A stretch of 64,000 nucleotides of DNA from a virus: positions 1,546 through 65,545 of the IMG/VR virus record IMGVR_UViG_2899815622_000003; one strand, given 5' to 3'. Below the pieces are notes generated by a model, which saw only the letters and a list, made by a program, of their open reading frames with translations, made no database searches and was not told the origin of the DNA. This document shows, piece after piece, positions 38,770 through 49,411 of the stretch. Position 1 is the first letter of the stretch; each line of letters begins with the position of its first letter. The position numbers and the translations under genes are program-made.

Positions 38770-38973
38770 TCAGGATGACCTCGCCCTGATGGCGTCCAGG
38801 ACGCGGTCTAACTGCGCGTCGAATCCTTTGCCGCGTAGCTCAGATGCGCGCGCACCGTGCTCGAGGAAATAAGCGAAATCTCCGCCTCCCGTGGCGAACG
38901 CCTTTCGAACCCCGTGCACGCAAAAGAATGGGCGCATGTCACTGATCGTAACGACTGGGTCCCATTCGCTCAC
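38770..38973 (-). CDS. Small tail assembly protein
   Basis: FCVHGVRKAF...FLEHG; conserved position in Chi-like tail operon. Confidence 0.65.
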   Translation of the reverse strand: MSEWDPVVTISDMRPFFCVHGVRKAFATGGGDFAYFLEHGARASELRGKGFDAQLDRVLDAIRARSS

Positions 38974-39209
38974 GATGAGACCTTTCTGCTCGTGGTCGCC
39001 TTGTCGCCCCACCAAAGGATGTTCGGGGCGACATCCAGTTCCCCGAACACGACCGGGATAGGCCGGCTTTCGGCCGTCGGCTCATCCATGTCGGTCACTT
39101 CTTCGGGCTGCGATGTCGCGGCCTTCGGCATCATGAGATAGCCGATCACCATCGACCCGACGCCAATCAGAAGCTGAACCAGCAATGATGCTAGAAAAGG
39201 AAGGGGCAT
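38970..39209 (-). CDS. Small tail assembly protein
   Basis: PTAE.RPIPVVFG...PNILWWGD. Confidence 0.75.
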   Translation of the reverse strand: MPLPFLASLLVQLLIGVGSMVIGYLMMPKAATSQPEEVTDMDEPTAESRPIPVVFGELDVAPNILWWGDKATTSRKVSS

Positions 39210-39247
39210 GGCTCACTTTTCGTGTATTTCACGTTTAGTGAGTAATT

Positions 39248-40141
39248 CTAGTAGAATTGGTTCTTGGAGGAAAGGGGATTCTCAAGGGGGATGAACGGTT
39301 GACCGCCATAGTTCAAAATGTTGCCATGCTGGTGACAGCCGCTCATCTGGCGATTGCACCCTCGTATGACGGAGAGCGGAGTGCCTACCGCCAAGCCACG
39401 GGCAACACCGCGGATCACAATGACACTTGTTCCGCTGTCGTTCAGCACACCAGCAATGGTACGAAGTTCCCGAACGCCGGTATCAGAATTGATCCATTCG
39501 AGCAGCCCTCCGACGTATAAACCGAACTGCGCCCCCAACCATGCATCGACCATAATTCTGTTTCGAGACACACTCGCGACCGCCCTGGTAACCGTTGCTG
39601 CGGCTCGGTTAGCCTTACATTGAGGGCCGTATAGAACATGGGGGCAACCGATCTGATAGTTCCGCCGCAGCCCCGGTCGCTTAAGTGAAGTCGACACCGG
39701 TTGGCAGGAAAGCTCCATCTCGTTTTTCTTATAGGTGCTGCCGAGAATCCGACCGAGCCACAGCGCCGGGAAATTCTCCTCCGTCACCGGATCGCCGACA
39801 TGCCCCTCAAAGATAGTCAAGTTCACCACTTGTGACGGCGGATAGGCCAAGAAAAGCTGATCGATTTCACTGCCTAGTGACATGGTTACCGTGACATCGG
39901 ATTTGTCCAGTGTGCCATCGTGCGAAAGCGTGCTGTTTTTGATCGGCCAAGGGTGAAACGGAAGGATGATATCCTGACCCAGTTCATCGGTGCCGATTTT
40001 TCGATTGATAATCTCTTCACCGTTGTTGAAACCGAATGGGCCGATCTGCTCCGCCCCATCTGAATTCTCTGCACCTTGAATGAGATACAGGGAGACTGGT
40101 GTGCCGCTATAACGGCTGATTTCATGTTGGTCGAATGACAT
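39248..40141 (-). CDS. Tail hub protein, DUF2163/BR0599 family
   Basis: CPHVLYGPQC; GCNRQMSGC...NYGGQPFIP..NP. Confidence 0.85.
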   Translation of the reverse strand: MSFDQHEISRYSGTPVSLYLIQGAENSDGAEQIGPFGFNNGEEIINRKIGTDELGQDIILPFHPWPIKNSTLSHDGTLDKSDVTVTMSLGSEIDQLFLAYPPSQVVNLTIFEGHVGDPVTEENFPALWLGRILGSTYKKNEMELSCQPVSTSLKRPGLRRNYQIGCPHVLYGPQCKANRAAATVTRAVASVSRNRIMVDAWLGAQFGLYVGGLLEWINSDTGVRELRTIAGVLNDSGTSVIVIRGVARGLAVGTPLSVIRGCNRQMSGCHQHGNILNYGGQPFIPLENPLSSKNQFY

Positions 40142-40157
40142 TGGCTAAAGTCCTCGT

Positions 40158-42479
40158 TCACCGCTTGAAAGCTTGCGCGACGATAATTTTGTTGCTGACG
40201 AGGACACCCGCAACATCGGGTGCTTCGAAACGAAAACTAGTTTGGGCACGATTGGCTGGTGGTGTGTAGAGATAGGTCCGAGAAGCCGGTACGGTCGTGC
40301 CGCTCGCATTCTGAATTCGGAAAGTCTCAACTCTGTTGCCGTCGCTATCGATCCAGAATTCATAGATGGTGTAATTCGTCGAATTGGTGGGTGTTTGAAC
40401 CACGCAAGACGTGTCGATCTTGATTGTAGGGGACCCAAGTCCATGGTTGATCGTAAGCGAATTCCCACCAGTCGCCACTGCCGTTACGGCGCCCGCTTGA
40501 ATATTTGACGTTCCAACGGTCAGTCTGGAGATATTCGCGTCGCCGATATCCACATACCCCAAAACGGCAGATATTGCCGAAAGCGAACCTACGTTCATCT
40601 TGTTCGCGGTCACAGCACCTGCAGCGAGTTTATCTGTCGAGATGATACCAGCGGCGATGTGCTGTGCCTGAATTTCATTGGCTGCAATATGCTGCGCCCG
40701 GATAGCGTTAGCGGCGACTTGGTCAACCCCGATTGTCCCGGTCTTGATCCCCTGCCCGTCAATGATTGTGCGACCGTAGTCTGTCGTGAGATTGAGGCCG
40801 CCGTTATATGTAGCAAGGACGATATTGTTCGAGGAAAATGCGGTGGACGCGAGCGTTGTCGACGACAGCGAAGTCGCGCCTTTGGCCCAGTAAATATAAA
40901 TGACAGAGTCGGTCCATAGTGCGCCGATCGGGTTTTCCGAGATCGTAACGGTTACAGTCACCCCTTCGTCGTTGATGTAGGTGATGGTGCCGCCTGTCCA
41001 ACTGACGCGGTTTGCTGTCGGCGTGTTGCCGGAAAAAGCGATTCCAGCGCTGGAAACGCCCCGCGCACCGATCTCCAGTGAATTGGCTTTCACCGAGTTG
41101 GTGGACAGGTTGCCGCCATCAATCTTCGTGCTGTCCCCGCCTGACCGCCAGTCTGCGAGGGACGTTCCACCAGAAATCAAAATCTTGCCGGGGTCGATCT
41201 GTGTCACGGCCTGATTGATACGGGCGGCAGGATCGTTGGAGTTGGAGGCAACAGTGCCAAGGGCCTGACCGCTCACGGTTATGGATGCAGCGAGGGCTGT
41301 GCCAGCGATAAGCTTCGCGGCACTTAATTCGACAATGTGGGCGTTTTCAATGATGGCTGCGGCAATCTGCGCTGAGCCTGTGATAACCGCCTGATCGACC
41401 ACAAGCTGGTTAGCGCCGATAGTCTGAGCGAGAATGGTGCTGCCATCGATGTAAGCCCTACCCTCAACGAGCTGATAGTCATTGAAACCTCGGTAGACCC
41501 CGATCAGGATGGAGTCTTGCGAGTAGAGGGTCACCAGTGAAGTGGTTGTGGAGAACCTATCGTTACCGAGAACGTAGTAGATGTAGACCGTCTGCCCGCT
41601 GAAATCCGCACTTCCAGCCGGGATGGCCTGGGTCGCTGGAACACTGCCATCTGTGCCATAGGTGATTTGACCAGCCGTCCATGTGAGGCGGTTGGAGGCC
41701 GGCTGATTTCCGGGCTTGAACATGATCCCGACAAGCGTGGCCTTGATTTCGCTTCGGATCTTCGAAGTTGTCGCCGATGCGCGCGCTGACCAAGGGGAGA
41801 CGTTTCCGGAGGTGTCGACAGCTCTAACCCAGTACCATCGCGTCACTTCTGGATCTTGGCCTGCAACAACGAATGTGCTCGTCTGCGACGTATATGACGG
41901 GGTCGAGTTCTCGAGAGGTGCCGGGAACTCATCGAGCGCTTCGAAGATATCGTAGCGAGCAAGATCGGCTTCTTCATTCGGAGACCACTTCAACCATGTA
42001 GAATTGATCCCACCGAGAGCGGTCAAGTTGACGGGCATTGCAGGAGGGATTTCATCGAGCACAGTGGTGTGCGTATCCTCGGCGCTCGGTTCCGATTTGT
42101 TGCCAGACTTGTCGACCGCATAAACACGGCCGGTGTAAGTCGTATTCGGTATCATCGGAACCTGATAGAGCGTGGAGCTGGTCTGGTAGGAAATCCAGCT
42201 ACCCGAGCCCTCTTTCAGATGCAGCTCGTAATACGCAAAATCGTCCTCGAGCGACGGCGCCCACGTTGCAATCAACAAGTTGGACGGGACTAGGGTCGAA
42301 GACAGATGGAAGTCTTTCGGCCGATCCGGAGGAATGGTGTCAACCAGGTGATCGAGGTCTTCCGGCGTAACGGAGCCGAGCGTGCCGTCGATCGCGCCCT
42401 GCAAAAGCAGGTTCAACTTCGCTCGAACACTGGCGCCGGATTCTCCGTTCTTGATAGGCTCGACTGGACCGATAGGCAT
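40158..42479 (-). CDS. Fibronectin type III-containing tail fibre protein
   Basis: RVYAVDKSGNKS and WVRAVDTSGNVS FN3 strands; I(G/T)AxxI repeats; duplicated internal domain. Confidence 0.75.
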   Translation of the reverse strand: MPIGPVEPIKNGESGASVRAKLNLLLQGAIDGTLGSVTPEDLDHLVDTIPPDRPKDFHLSSTLVPSNLLIATWAPSLEDDFAYYELHLKEGSGSWISYQTSSTLYQVPMIPNTTYTGRVYAVDKSGNKSEPSAEDTHTTVLDEIPPAMPVNLTALGGINSTWLKWSPNEEADLARYDIFEALDEFPAPLENSTPSYTSQTSTFVVAGQDPEVTRWYWVRAVDTSGNVSPWSARASATTSKIRSEIKATLVGIMFKPGNQPASNRLTWTAGQITYGTDGSVPATQAIPAGSADFSGQTVYIYYVLGNDRFSTTTSLVTLYSQDSILIGVYRGFNDYQLVEGRAYIDGSTILAQTIGANQLVVDQAVITGSAQIAAAIIENAHIVELSAAKLIAGTALAASITVSGQALGTVASNSNDPAARINQAVTQIDPGKILISGGTSLADWRSGGDSTKIDGGNLSTNSVKANSLEIGARGVSSAGIAFSGNTPTANRVSWTGGTITYINDEGVTVTVTISENPIGALWTDSVIYIYWAKGATSLSSTTLASTAFSSNNIVLATYNGGLNLTTDYGRTIIDGQGIKTGTIGVDQVAANAIRAQHIAANEIQAQHIAAGIISTDKLAAGAVTANKMNVGSLSAISAVLGYVDIGDANISRLTVGTSNIQAGAVTAVATGGNSLTINHGLGSPTIKIDTSCVVQTPTNSTNYTIYEFWIDSDGNRVETFRIQNASGTTVPASRTYLYTPPANRAQTSFRFEAPDVAGVLVSNKIIVAQAFKR

Positions 42480-42480
42480 C

Positions 42481-43782
42481 TCAGTCCTCCCACACGGCAG
42501 AATCGACCCATTGACCGCGATCACGCCAATAGCCGGTGGCTAGAATCCAGTTGCTACCGTATGAGCTTTCGGCGGCGAGATTTTCGAGCGTCACAAACGA
42601 AAGGCTGATGTTGGCGACGGTGTTTGTGACCCATTCGATCGTCAGGCTATCCTGCGCGAAACGGGAGACGAACATCCACGAGATTTGCTCGATCTCAGTC
42701 GCGCTGACACCAACATCCTCGTGAAACTCGATGAAAGTGTTTCCGCCGCTTGCTGCCATGATATTTATTTCGCGCGGTAGCAGTGTGCCGGATTTTGTGC
42801 GAATGAGGACTGCGCTGTGCGCCCGATCTTCATTGTATGTCTCGTAGAAGTCCGTGCCGGCAACCTGCACAATTTTGTCGGCAACGTTCATGACCGGTGG
42901 GAAATCGCTACCCCAGGTCGGCACGTAAATCTCACCAGCCCTACCCTTGCAGCGCATGAAAATATCGAGGACCGCCATGGCCTCGGCATGGTTTACGGCC
43001 ATGTAGGTTGCGGTGAGCGTCCGAGACACAATAGGAACCGGCGTGAAAGTCTTCACAACACCGCGGCTATAGTCGACGGTCTCGAACTTCAAATTGAACT
43101 GGACCTGCGGGCGATTGAGGAAGTTGGGCTTCCGCAACAGCACGTAGCGTCCGAAAAGAACCGCAGCCGGGCCAAACGACTGGACACTGTCACCTTCGGC
43201 GCTTTCGTCAAACGGCAAGGCATCCGGCGTCCGCACGACGAAACCTGGCTCCACGTCGAACTGGAGTGGAGCCGTGGCAACTTGGTTCGTGTATAAAGAA
43301 AGCGTATTCGAGTTGGCAATTTGAGCAGGTAGCATCGGCAGTATGCATGCGCCAGCGCCAACCGATTTCGTCAGCGGATTGACCAGGATCACCGTGTTGT
43401 TGTCGACGAAATCAACATTTATTTTTGAGGTCGTTCGCCCGGTCATCAGGACGTACGTCCCTCCGTTCGTCATCCATGAAGGCGTGCTATCGATCGTCAG
43501 GACTGTCGCACCACTCGAAGCCGTCGTCGCTACGAGAGCAGGCACTGCCGAGAAGTCTGCGATCTCAACCTTGCCGTCCTTTGCCCGGTTCACAGCATCC
43601 GCAAAACCGCGCATACGCTCGCCGTCAAGAAGGACGTTGACCTCTAGCGCGCGTCGCGGATTGATACGAGTAGCCCGACGCTGCTCACTCCCGTTGCGGG
43701 TCGTGAACACGTCCGTTTTGAACTCGTAGGTATCCCTGATTCCGTTTCGCCAGTTAGGCACGAATGGGAGGAAGACTGCCAT
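42481..43782 (-). CDS. Distal tail / tail assembly protein
   Basis: Immediately after tape measure; PNW...EFKTDV....G.EQR. Confidence 0.75.
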   Translation of the reverse strand: MAVFLPFVPNWRNGIRDTYEFKTDVFTTRNGSEQRRATRINPRRALEVNVLLDGERMRGFADAVNRAKDGKVEIADFSAVPALVATTASSGATVLTIDSTPSWMTNGGTYVLMTGRTTSKINVDFVDNNTVILVNPLTKSVGAGACILPMLPAQIANSNTLSLYTNQVATAPLQFDVEPGFVVRTPDALPFDESAEGDSVQSFGPAAVLFGRYVLLRKPNFLNRPQVQFNLKFETVDYSRGVVKTFTPVPIVSRTLTATYMAVNHAEAMAVLDIFMRCKGRAGEIYVPTWGSDFPPVMNVADKIVQVAGTDFYETYNEDRAHSAVLIRTKSGTLLPREINIMAASGGNTFIEFHEDVGVSATEIEQISWMFVSRFAQDSLTIEWVTNTVANISLSFVTLENLAAESSYGSNWILATGYWRDRGQWVDSAVWED

Positions 43783-43842
43783 GGGTCGATACGATCCTCG
43801 TTTTGCGAGAATTTCTCACAATAAGAGTAATTTTGCAACGCG

Positions 43843-46800
43843 CTAACGACCGAGTGCACCGTTCAGCTTGTTCTGATTTCGCGTAATAAAGTTGGTCATG
43901 ACGCGCTCACCCGCCACCGACGACAAGGCTGCCTCCATTACCTCCACGGGATCAAAGGCGTTGACGACCTTCAGGTTAACCGCCTTGCCCCCGCCACCGT
44001 TCGCAGAATGACGCGGATCGTTCTCCGTCAGAACCTCCTCGCCCTCAAGGGCAACGATGGGAACCTCACCCTGTCGCAACCCGTCAGAGACAATGCCTCC
44101 GCCGTGATAGCGCTGTGCGCCGGCAAAAACCATTGGATTGACGCGACGAGACTGCGTGGTATTGCCAACAATGCCGCCCGAGTGTTTCGCACCGAAGACC
44201 TTGGAAATTGCGCCTGCGATTGTCCCGCCGATGCCGCCGTTGGCGTCTTTGCCTCCAGTCAGCGCGTTGAACAAAGCCTGCTTCACGATCGCTTTGCCGA
44301 TGTCGATAAGGAATTCGGCAATACCTTGCTGCAACGCTCTGAAGAAAGCGTCTGCTGCGTTCTCACCTTTCGCGATAGCCTCTGCGAACGAACTCCACGC
44401 CGTACTGCCGATGTCAGCAAGTTCCCGGTTGATGTCTTCTGCGGTCGGCAGAAACTGCGAACGCATCCTCTGAGTAGATTGTCCAATGGCTATTTCGATG
44501 TTTTGCAGGTTGGCTATCGCATTGACGGAACCTTCTCCCCCCATAGCCTGCCAAAACGCGATGGCAGACGCGATAGCCTCGTTCAGCTTACCGTTGACGG
44601 CATCCAGTTCATTATAGGTTGTAGCGTACAGCGATTGGTCGCCGCTCTGCTGCGCCAAGTCCATTCGTTCCATCAACGCAGAACGTTTTTCAAGAAGTTC
44701 GTTGACTTTCTGATTGACATTGTTTCGGTCAAACTCAAGTGCCGCGAGGCGTTCGGTTTCGGCTCGCTGCTCTTTGGTGAGGTCTTTGCCGGCTTCTCTG
44801 GCCTTGAGTTCTTCATCGCGCAACGCTTTTGCGACTGCAGCTTCCTTGGCGGATTTAGACAGGAGGTTCAGTTCGAACTGTTGCTGCTCAACGCGCTTCC
44901 TATAGTCGACGAGGTATTCTCGACCCATTTCGGTCAAACGCGCCTGTGCCTCCACCTCCACGGGTGAGGTTCCTGCCTTTTGGTTCGCCCAACTCGCAAC
45001 TTCACCCGCAGTTTTACCTTCGAGGATGTTGCGGTTCGACTTAATCGCATCACTCGACAGTAGCTTGCTGACAGGGGTATCGGCTTGGGCAGTAAGGACG
45101 GCTACGGCACCGGTCGGCCCAAGAAAATGTGCAAGATAAACCGAAGCCTCGTTAACAGCGACACCGGCTTTCTGCAAGATTGCGGCATTCTCACGGGCAT
45201 AAAGCTCGATCATGCTGCGCGAAACGTCAGCATTCTCTCGCAATGCCAGGATGGTGCTGTCAGTCATGTTCTTCGCACGATCCGGAAAATACTGCTTGAA
45301 CATTCGGAGCCACGTCGACTCGATGAACTGGCCAAGCCCGGTGGCTGTGGAATTCGGATTCTTTGCATTCGGATTCCCGCCGCTCTCGATACCGGCGATA
45401 CGATCGGCCACGGAGTTGTAACCGGCACCGCTCGTGCCGAAACGTTGCGCATCATACGCAGCGCCTGCGGAAGAGCGAACTTTTTTCAGTTCGGCGTCGA
45501 TCTCCTCCTGACGAAGCCTTACCCCTTCCGCGAGAAGCTTGTTTTTCGCCTCGAGGGCTTTCTGTTCAATATATTGTTGCCGTTCCGTGAGTTGCGCCAG
45601 TCGCGTTTCCTGGCTCATCTGCTCCTGTAATTGGTAGACCGCTTCTCTGGCAGCTACTTTCTTTTGCTCAGTTGCGGCAACGGTCTTTTTCGTAGCCTCA
45701 TAGGCCTTCTCCGAATACAATGACTCGTCTTTTACATGTTCGACGAGTTCTCGACGCTGGCTCACCAAGGTTGCCAGTTCAGATTTCATCTTTGAAAGAT
45801 TGTCCTCACCGAGCACGCCAGCGGCACCGGAGTTGAAACCGGTTGACCGAAGGGATTCCTCAATTTGGATGCTGGTGCGAAGATCGCGGATGCGGTCCTC
45901 TAGATCAGTAGTAAAAACATCCTTAAGCGCTTTTGCACCTGCTCGGGCATCGCGCGTCATGTTGCGTATATCGCGCCCGAAATACTGAATCTCCCGCGAA
46001 ACGAACTGGATCACACCTGTGTCTTGGAGCGCCTGAACGAAGTCGTTCCATGCGCCCTTCGCTTCGACGAGTGTTTTCCCCCATTCGCTGGTTTCCACTT
46101 TGCTCGCAGCCGCACGTGCCTTAAGAGCGTCCAGTGCAAAGGCCATGGCGCCGGCTTCATCACCGGAAGCTTTCATCGCGCGCACCTGATCGTACTGCGC
46201 AAGGGTTAGAAAATTCAGTTCCTTGTTGAGTTCAAGGACCGACTCGACGTTGCCGCCAAAGGCCTGCGACAGCCTCTGACCGGCGTCGACCACGCCTTCA
46301 CCGGTAGCGTCGCTTATACTCTTCGCAATTTTCGCGAACTGCGCAAACTGGCCGGTCGGCAAGCCGTCGGCCGCAAATCCTGCAGCCAACGACCGTGCGT
46401 CATCGATGGAAATACCGAGATTCTTGATTTCGTCGCTGACGCCAGCAAGCCCCTGCGCCGTATTGCGATAACCGTCAGCGGATAAAGCCAGCCTTCTCTG
46501 GAAATACTCAACAGAGTCGCCAGCCTCTTTCAGCCGCATTGCGACCGCTATGAACGGCGCCAGCACGCCTCCCAACAGAACAAGCTGCGGAATCGACCGC
46601 GCAACGCTCACCATGACGTTCGGCCAGATCTGCGCGAATTGCCCGGCCTGTTGTGCGAGCACCTGCAACGGTGCCTGCCCCATAGCGAGGCCCGAAACAA
46701 CATCGTTTACCTGATAGCCGAGGTTGGTGAGCTGCCATGGTCGCAAGCCGTAGACGAGGATGTCTTCCGGGTCCTCGCCATTGGAAGAACCCTTTTTCTT

Positions 46801-47364
46801 ACCGCGTCCACCGGCACCGCTAACCGAATCCATCCGATCGCCAAGCGCACCTTGCGCTGTTGTGGCCTTTTTGGAAGCTGTCGTGAGCTTGTTAAGTTCG
46901 GCTGTGGTGTTGCCGAGTGCAACGCTCTCATTCGTCGAGGCAACCGCGCCGCGCTGCATCTCGGTCGCGAGGCGACTAAAACTGGAAAAACCGACGCGCG
47001 CTTCGCCGTTGATTTGCTGAAGGGCGGCTCGCTTCTGCTGCAAGGCTCCCATGGCCTCACGAGAGCGATCCCGCACCAACTTGATCGTTTCGCCAAGTTC
47101 GCGCATTTCTGAGGCGGAAAGCGAGCCGGTGCGAGCAGCATTGGCCTGCACTGCACGATAACGATCAACCTCCGCGCTCAGTCGTTTGTAGTTGGCGACA
47201 GCCGACTCGATCTCGCCTTTAGCAACACCGACGACGGCACGACGGTTGGACGATTGAGCAGCAGCAGAAATGCGCTTCTGCTGCTGCTCAAGGTTCTTCA
47301 GGACTTTAGAATACTCGTCGCGAGCCTTAACGGCAAATTCTACGACTCTTTCACGGCTCGCCAT
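43843..47364 (-). CDS. Tape measure protein with lytic-transglycosylase-like domain
   Basis: NLGYQVNDVVSGLAMGQ.PL.V..QQ; IESGGNPNAKN..STATGLGQF..STW; YLAHFLG. Confidence 0.92.
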   Translation of the reverse strand: MASRERVVEFAVKARDEYSKVLKNLEQQQKRISAAAQSSNRRAVVGVAKGEIESAVANYKRLSAEVDRYRAVQANAARTGSLSASEMRELGETIKLVRDRSREAMGALQQKRAALQQINGEARVGFSSFSRLATEMQRGAVASTNESVALGNTTAELNKLTTASKKATTAQGALGDRMDSVSGAGGRGKKKGSSNGEDPEDILVYGLRPWQLTNLGYQVNDVVSGLAMGQAPLQVLAQQAGQFAQIWPNVMVSVARSIPQLVLLGGVLAPFIAVAMRLKEAGDSVEYFQRRLALSADGYRNTAQGLAGVSDEIKNLGISIDDARSLAAGFAADGLPTGQFAQFAKIAKSISDATGEGVVDAGQRLSQAFGGNVESVLELNKELNFLTLAQYDQVRAMKASGDEAGAMAFALDALKARAAASKVETSEWGKTLVEAKGAWNDFVQALQDTGVIQFVSREIQYFGRDIRNMTRDARAGAKALKDVFTTDLEDRIRDLRTSIQIEESLRSTGFNSGAAGVLGEDNLSKMKSELATLVSQRRELVEHVKDESLYSEKAYEATKKTVAATEQKKVAAREAVYQLQEQMSQETRLAQLTERQQYIEQKALEAKNKLLAEGVRLRQEEIDAELKKVRSSAGAAYDAQRFGTSGAGYNSVADRIAGIESGGNPNAKNPNSTATGLGQFIESTWLRMFKQYFPDRAKNMTDSTILALRENADVSRSMIELYARENAAILQKAGVAVNEASVYLAHFLGPTGAVAVLTAQADTPVSKLLSSDAIKSNRNILEGKTAGEVASWANQKAGTSPVEVEAQARLTEMGREYLVDYRKRVEQQQFELNLLSKSAKEAAVAKALRDEELKAREAGKDLTKEQRAETERLAALEFDRNNVNQKVNELLEKRSALMERMDLAQQSGDQSLYATTYNELDAVNGKLNEAIASAIAFWQAMGGEGSVNAIANLQNIEIAIGQSTQRMRSQFLPTAEDINRELADIGSTAWSSFAEAIAKGENAADAFFRALQQGIAEFLIDIGKAIVKQALFNALTGGKDANGGIGGTIAGAISKVFGAKHSGGIVGNTTQSRRVNPMVFAGAQRYHGGGIVSDGLRQGEVPIVALEGEEVLTENDPRHSANGGGGKAVNLKVVNAFDPVEVMEAALSSVAGERVMTNFITRNQNKLNGALGR

Positions 47365-47686
47365 TGTTCAGCACCTTCAATTGCTTCCGGAAGTCCTCTT
47401 GGGCTTTCTTGGTCGAAGCTTTCTTCACGCTTTGGTTTGGAATTGTGGAGATCGCCATTTGCAGAAGGGCCGCTTCACTCGCCATCTGAGCGTTGATCCT
47501 GTCGACCACGAAGCGAGCCTCTACAAAAACCTTACAGACAGGATAGAACCAGGCTGATGGGTGTCCGTGGTCGAGCAACAAGCTCACCTGGCGGTGGACA
47601 CCCTCTACCCAGTCTGTCAGGCTTTCAGGGATGTCAGGCTTGCCGCGCCCGCCATCGCCCGAACGACGATCTCCATGAGTTTTTCC
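47351..47686 (-). CDS. Tail assembly chaperone, -1 frameshift extension (gpT-like)
   Basis: -1 frame is open from GGAAAAA (47680-47686) to stop at 47351. Confidence 0.65.
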   Translation of the reverse strand, partial: GKTHGDRRSGDGGRGKPDIPESLTDWVEGVHRQVSLLLDHGHPSAWFYPVCKVFVEARFVVDRINAQMASEAALLQMAISTIPNQSVKKASTKKAQEDFRKQLKVLNNGEP

Positions 47687-48033
47687 AAGCCACCCTCCGC
47701 CACCAGTGTGAGGTTGATGATCTTCTCGAGCGCATCAACCTGTACGCTGAGCGGAAGACGCGAAGCCTTGTCGGCAGCTTTCGGGTTACCTGAACCGCAT
47801 GCGATCACCATCGCTGCAAGAGGGGCAAAATCATCGGCCATGCCCAAAGCGATTTCCTCAACGCTGCCCGTCAACTCTCCACCAATGGCCTTGGTGTAAA
47901 GCTCGGCACAGACGCTGCGATGCTCGCGGATGATGCGGGTGATGTGCGCGAGGGCGAGACCTTGGACTTCGAAAGATTGCTCTCCGACTTTCACGGTCTC
48001 GCTCGGCAGTACCAGTGTCTCCAACTGATCCAT
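47617..48033 (-). CDS. Tail assembly chaperone (gpG-like)
   Basis: Between tail tube and tape measure; contains slippery heptamer. Confidence 0.8.
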   Translation of the reverse strand: MDQLETLVLPSETVKVGEQSFEVQGLALAHITRIIREHRSVCAELYTKAIGGELTGSVEEIALGMADDFAPLAAMVIACGSGNPKAADKASRLPLSVQVDALEKIINLTLVAEGGLEKLMEIVVRAMAGAASLTSLKA

Positions 48034-48042
48034 GTCGATCCC

Positions 48043-48837
48043 TTACGCTACGGGCCGGCTGTCGCGATAAGCAAGCGCCAGATTACCCTTCTTCATGACG
48101 CTGATCGACAGCGGCAACTGCTGCCACTCACTCGACTCAGGGTCCATGATGAGAGCAAGGTCACCGTTCGGAGACAGGCGAACGCGAGGGAACGTGATGT
48201 CGAACTGCGGCCCGATCGGATTATTCGAGATGAACTTGAGCGCACCTTCGACCTGCGTTTCACCGGCTGCGATCTGCTCACGTGTCGAGGCTGAAACGCC
48301 ATAGGCGACTTTCACATCGCCACCGATCGCATTGCTGCCGGCAGGGATGTAGACCGTGCCAAGGTCGGCGTCGAGAATGTAATCCTCATCGAGAACGAAA
48401 GTGGCCGGAGACGTCGTGGCTCCATCGGTGACGACAACCGTTGACACCTTCCTGGCGCCGGAGGGATTGGTGTCGCTAAAACCGAGTTGATAAAGGTCGC
48501 CAGCTTTGACTTCCTCGAAGGTTTCTACGAGGCTCGAGCTGGCGGTGACTGTGATCGTCTTCACCTCGTTCATGAAGAAGAAAGCAACGTTTTCGCTCTT
48601 CATGTCGTCGGTGGTAACAGAACCCGTCAGAGTCGCTTCGATCGCCACCTCTTCATCAAGGGTTCGAAAACCAACACGAGAAGAATAATGCGGCAACGTT
48701 TCGGCTTCACGAGCGAGTGTGAACTCAGGCGTGTTTCCCAGTTCGCGAAATGGACCCGGAATCTGCGTTCCGGACTTGTATTTGGCGAACAAAGCGGTTC
48801 CGCGCGGAACAGTGAGATTGCGGGATTGCAGGTCCAT
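48043..48837 (-). CDS. Major tail tube protein
   Basis: AAGGAG RBS; ELGNTPEF, HYSSR.G, NNPIGP, P.V.LSPNGDLAL. Confidence 0.8.
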   Translation of the reverse strand: MDLQSRNLTVPRGTALFAKYKSGTQIPGPFRELGNTPEFTLAREAETLPHYSSRVGFRTLDEEVAIEATLTGSVTTDDMKSENVAFFFMNEVKTITVTASSSLVETFEEVKAGDLYQLGFSDTNPSGARKVSTVVVTDGATTSPATFVLDEDYILDADLGTVYIPAGSNAIGGDVKVAYGVSASTREQIAAGETQVEGALKFISNNPIGPQFDITFPRVRLSPNGDLALIMDPESSEWQQLPLSISVMKKGNLALAYRDSRPVA

Positions 48838-48883
48838 AGAATTTCTCTCCTTGTGAGAATTGCGAGTATAACGTGATTTTCTG

Positions 48884-49411
48884 CTATGCGAAAGGCGTCT
48901 CAAGGTTTTCGGCGAGACCGAGGGTGACGGGTATAAGGAAGAAGGCAACGCTCGAAACTTCATCGTCTGGCGGGCGGTGGACGGGCTGGCCGACCGAAAG
49001 CGTCAGCACGCACGGAGCTACTTTACCGAGACCGAGAATATCGAAACGGTTGGACTTTGCTTCCACCAGTGCTTTGACAACTTCCGCTGACAGCCGGTAG
49101 GCCGGATCGAGCGGGTGATCGCGATCGTCCTCGACGAAACCTTGTACGAGGACGCGAAACTGGTTCACGGCCATAGGTGAAGTGGACGTGCCGTTCGTCG
49201 CCTCGGGCGGACGGGGATCTTCGAGCAGAACGACCATCGGGCGCGGGTCGTTGTCGCCAAACACTGTCCGCCCACGGAAGACGCGTTCCGCAAGTCGACC
49301 GGCCGCGTCCTGGAAATCCGACAGGTCAAATTCGTAATCATTCGTTGGATTGACGCGTTTGATTTGAGCACTCAGTGCCTTCATGACACGCAGGCGAAAA
49401 GGATCAGCCAT
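48884..49411 (-). CDS. Tail terminator-like protein
   Basis: VFRGR..FG..DP.P, VQGFVEDD..HP.DPAY; position before tail tube. Confidence 0.7.
   Translation of the reverse strand: MADPFRLRVMKALSAQIKRVNPTNDYEFDLSDFQDAAGRLAERVFRGRTVFGDNDPRPMVVLLEDPRPPEATNGTSTSPMAVNQFRVLVQGFVEDDRDHPLDPAYRLSAEVVKALVEAKSNRFDILGLGKVAPCVLTLSVGQPVHRPPDDEVSSVAFFLIPVTLGLAENLETPFA

Noticed and set aside
34606..42479. Diversity-generating retroelement or invertible tail-fibre cassette
   Set aside because: No reverse transcriptase or invertase, and no long near-identical repeat pair seen
44008..45630. 319-aa and 181-aa plus-strand ORFs
   Set aside because: Antisense to the tape measure gene; no protein-like features
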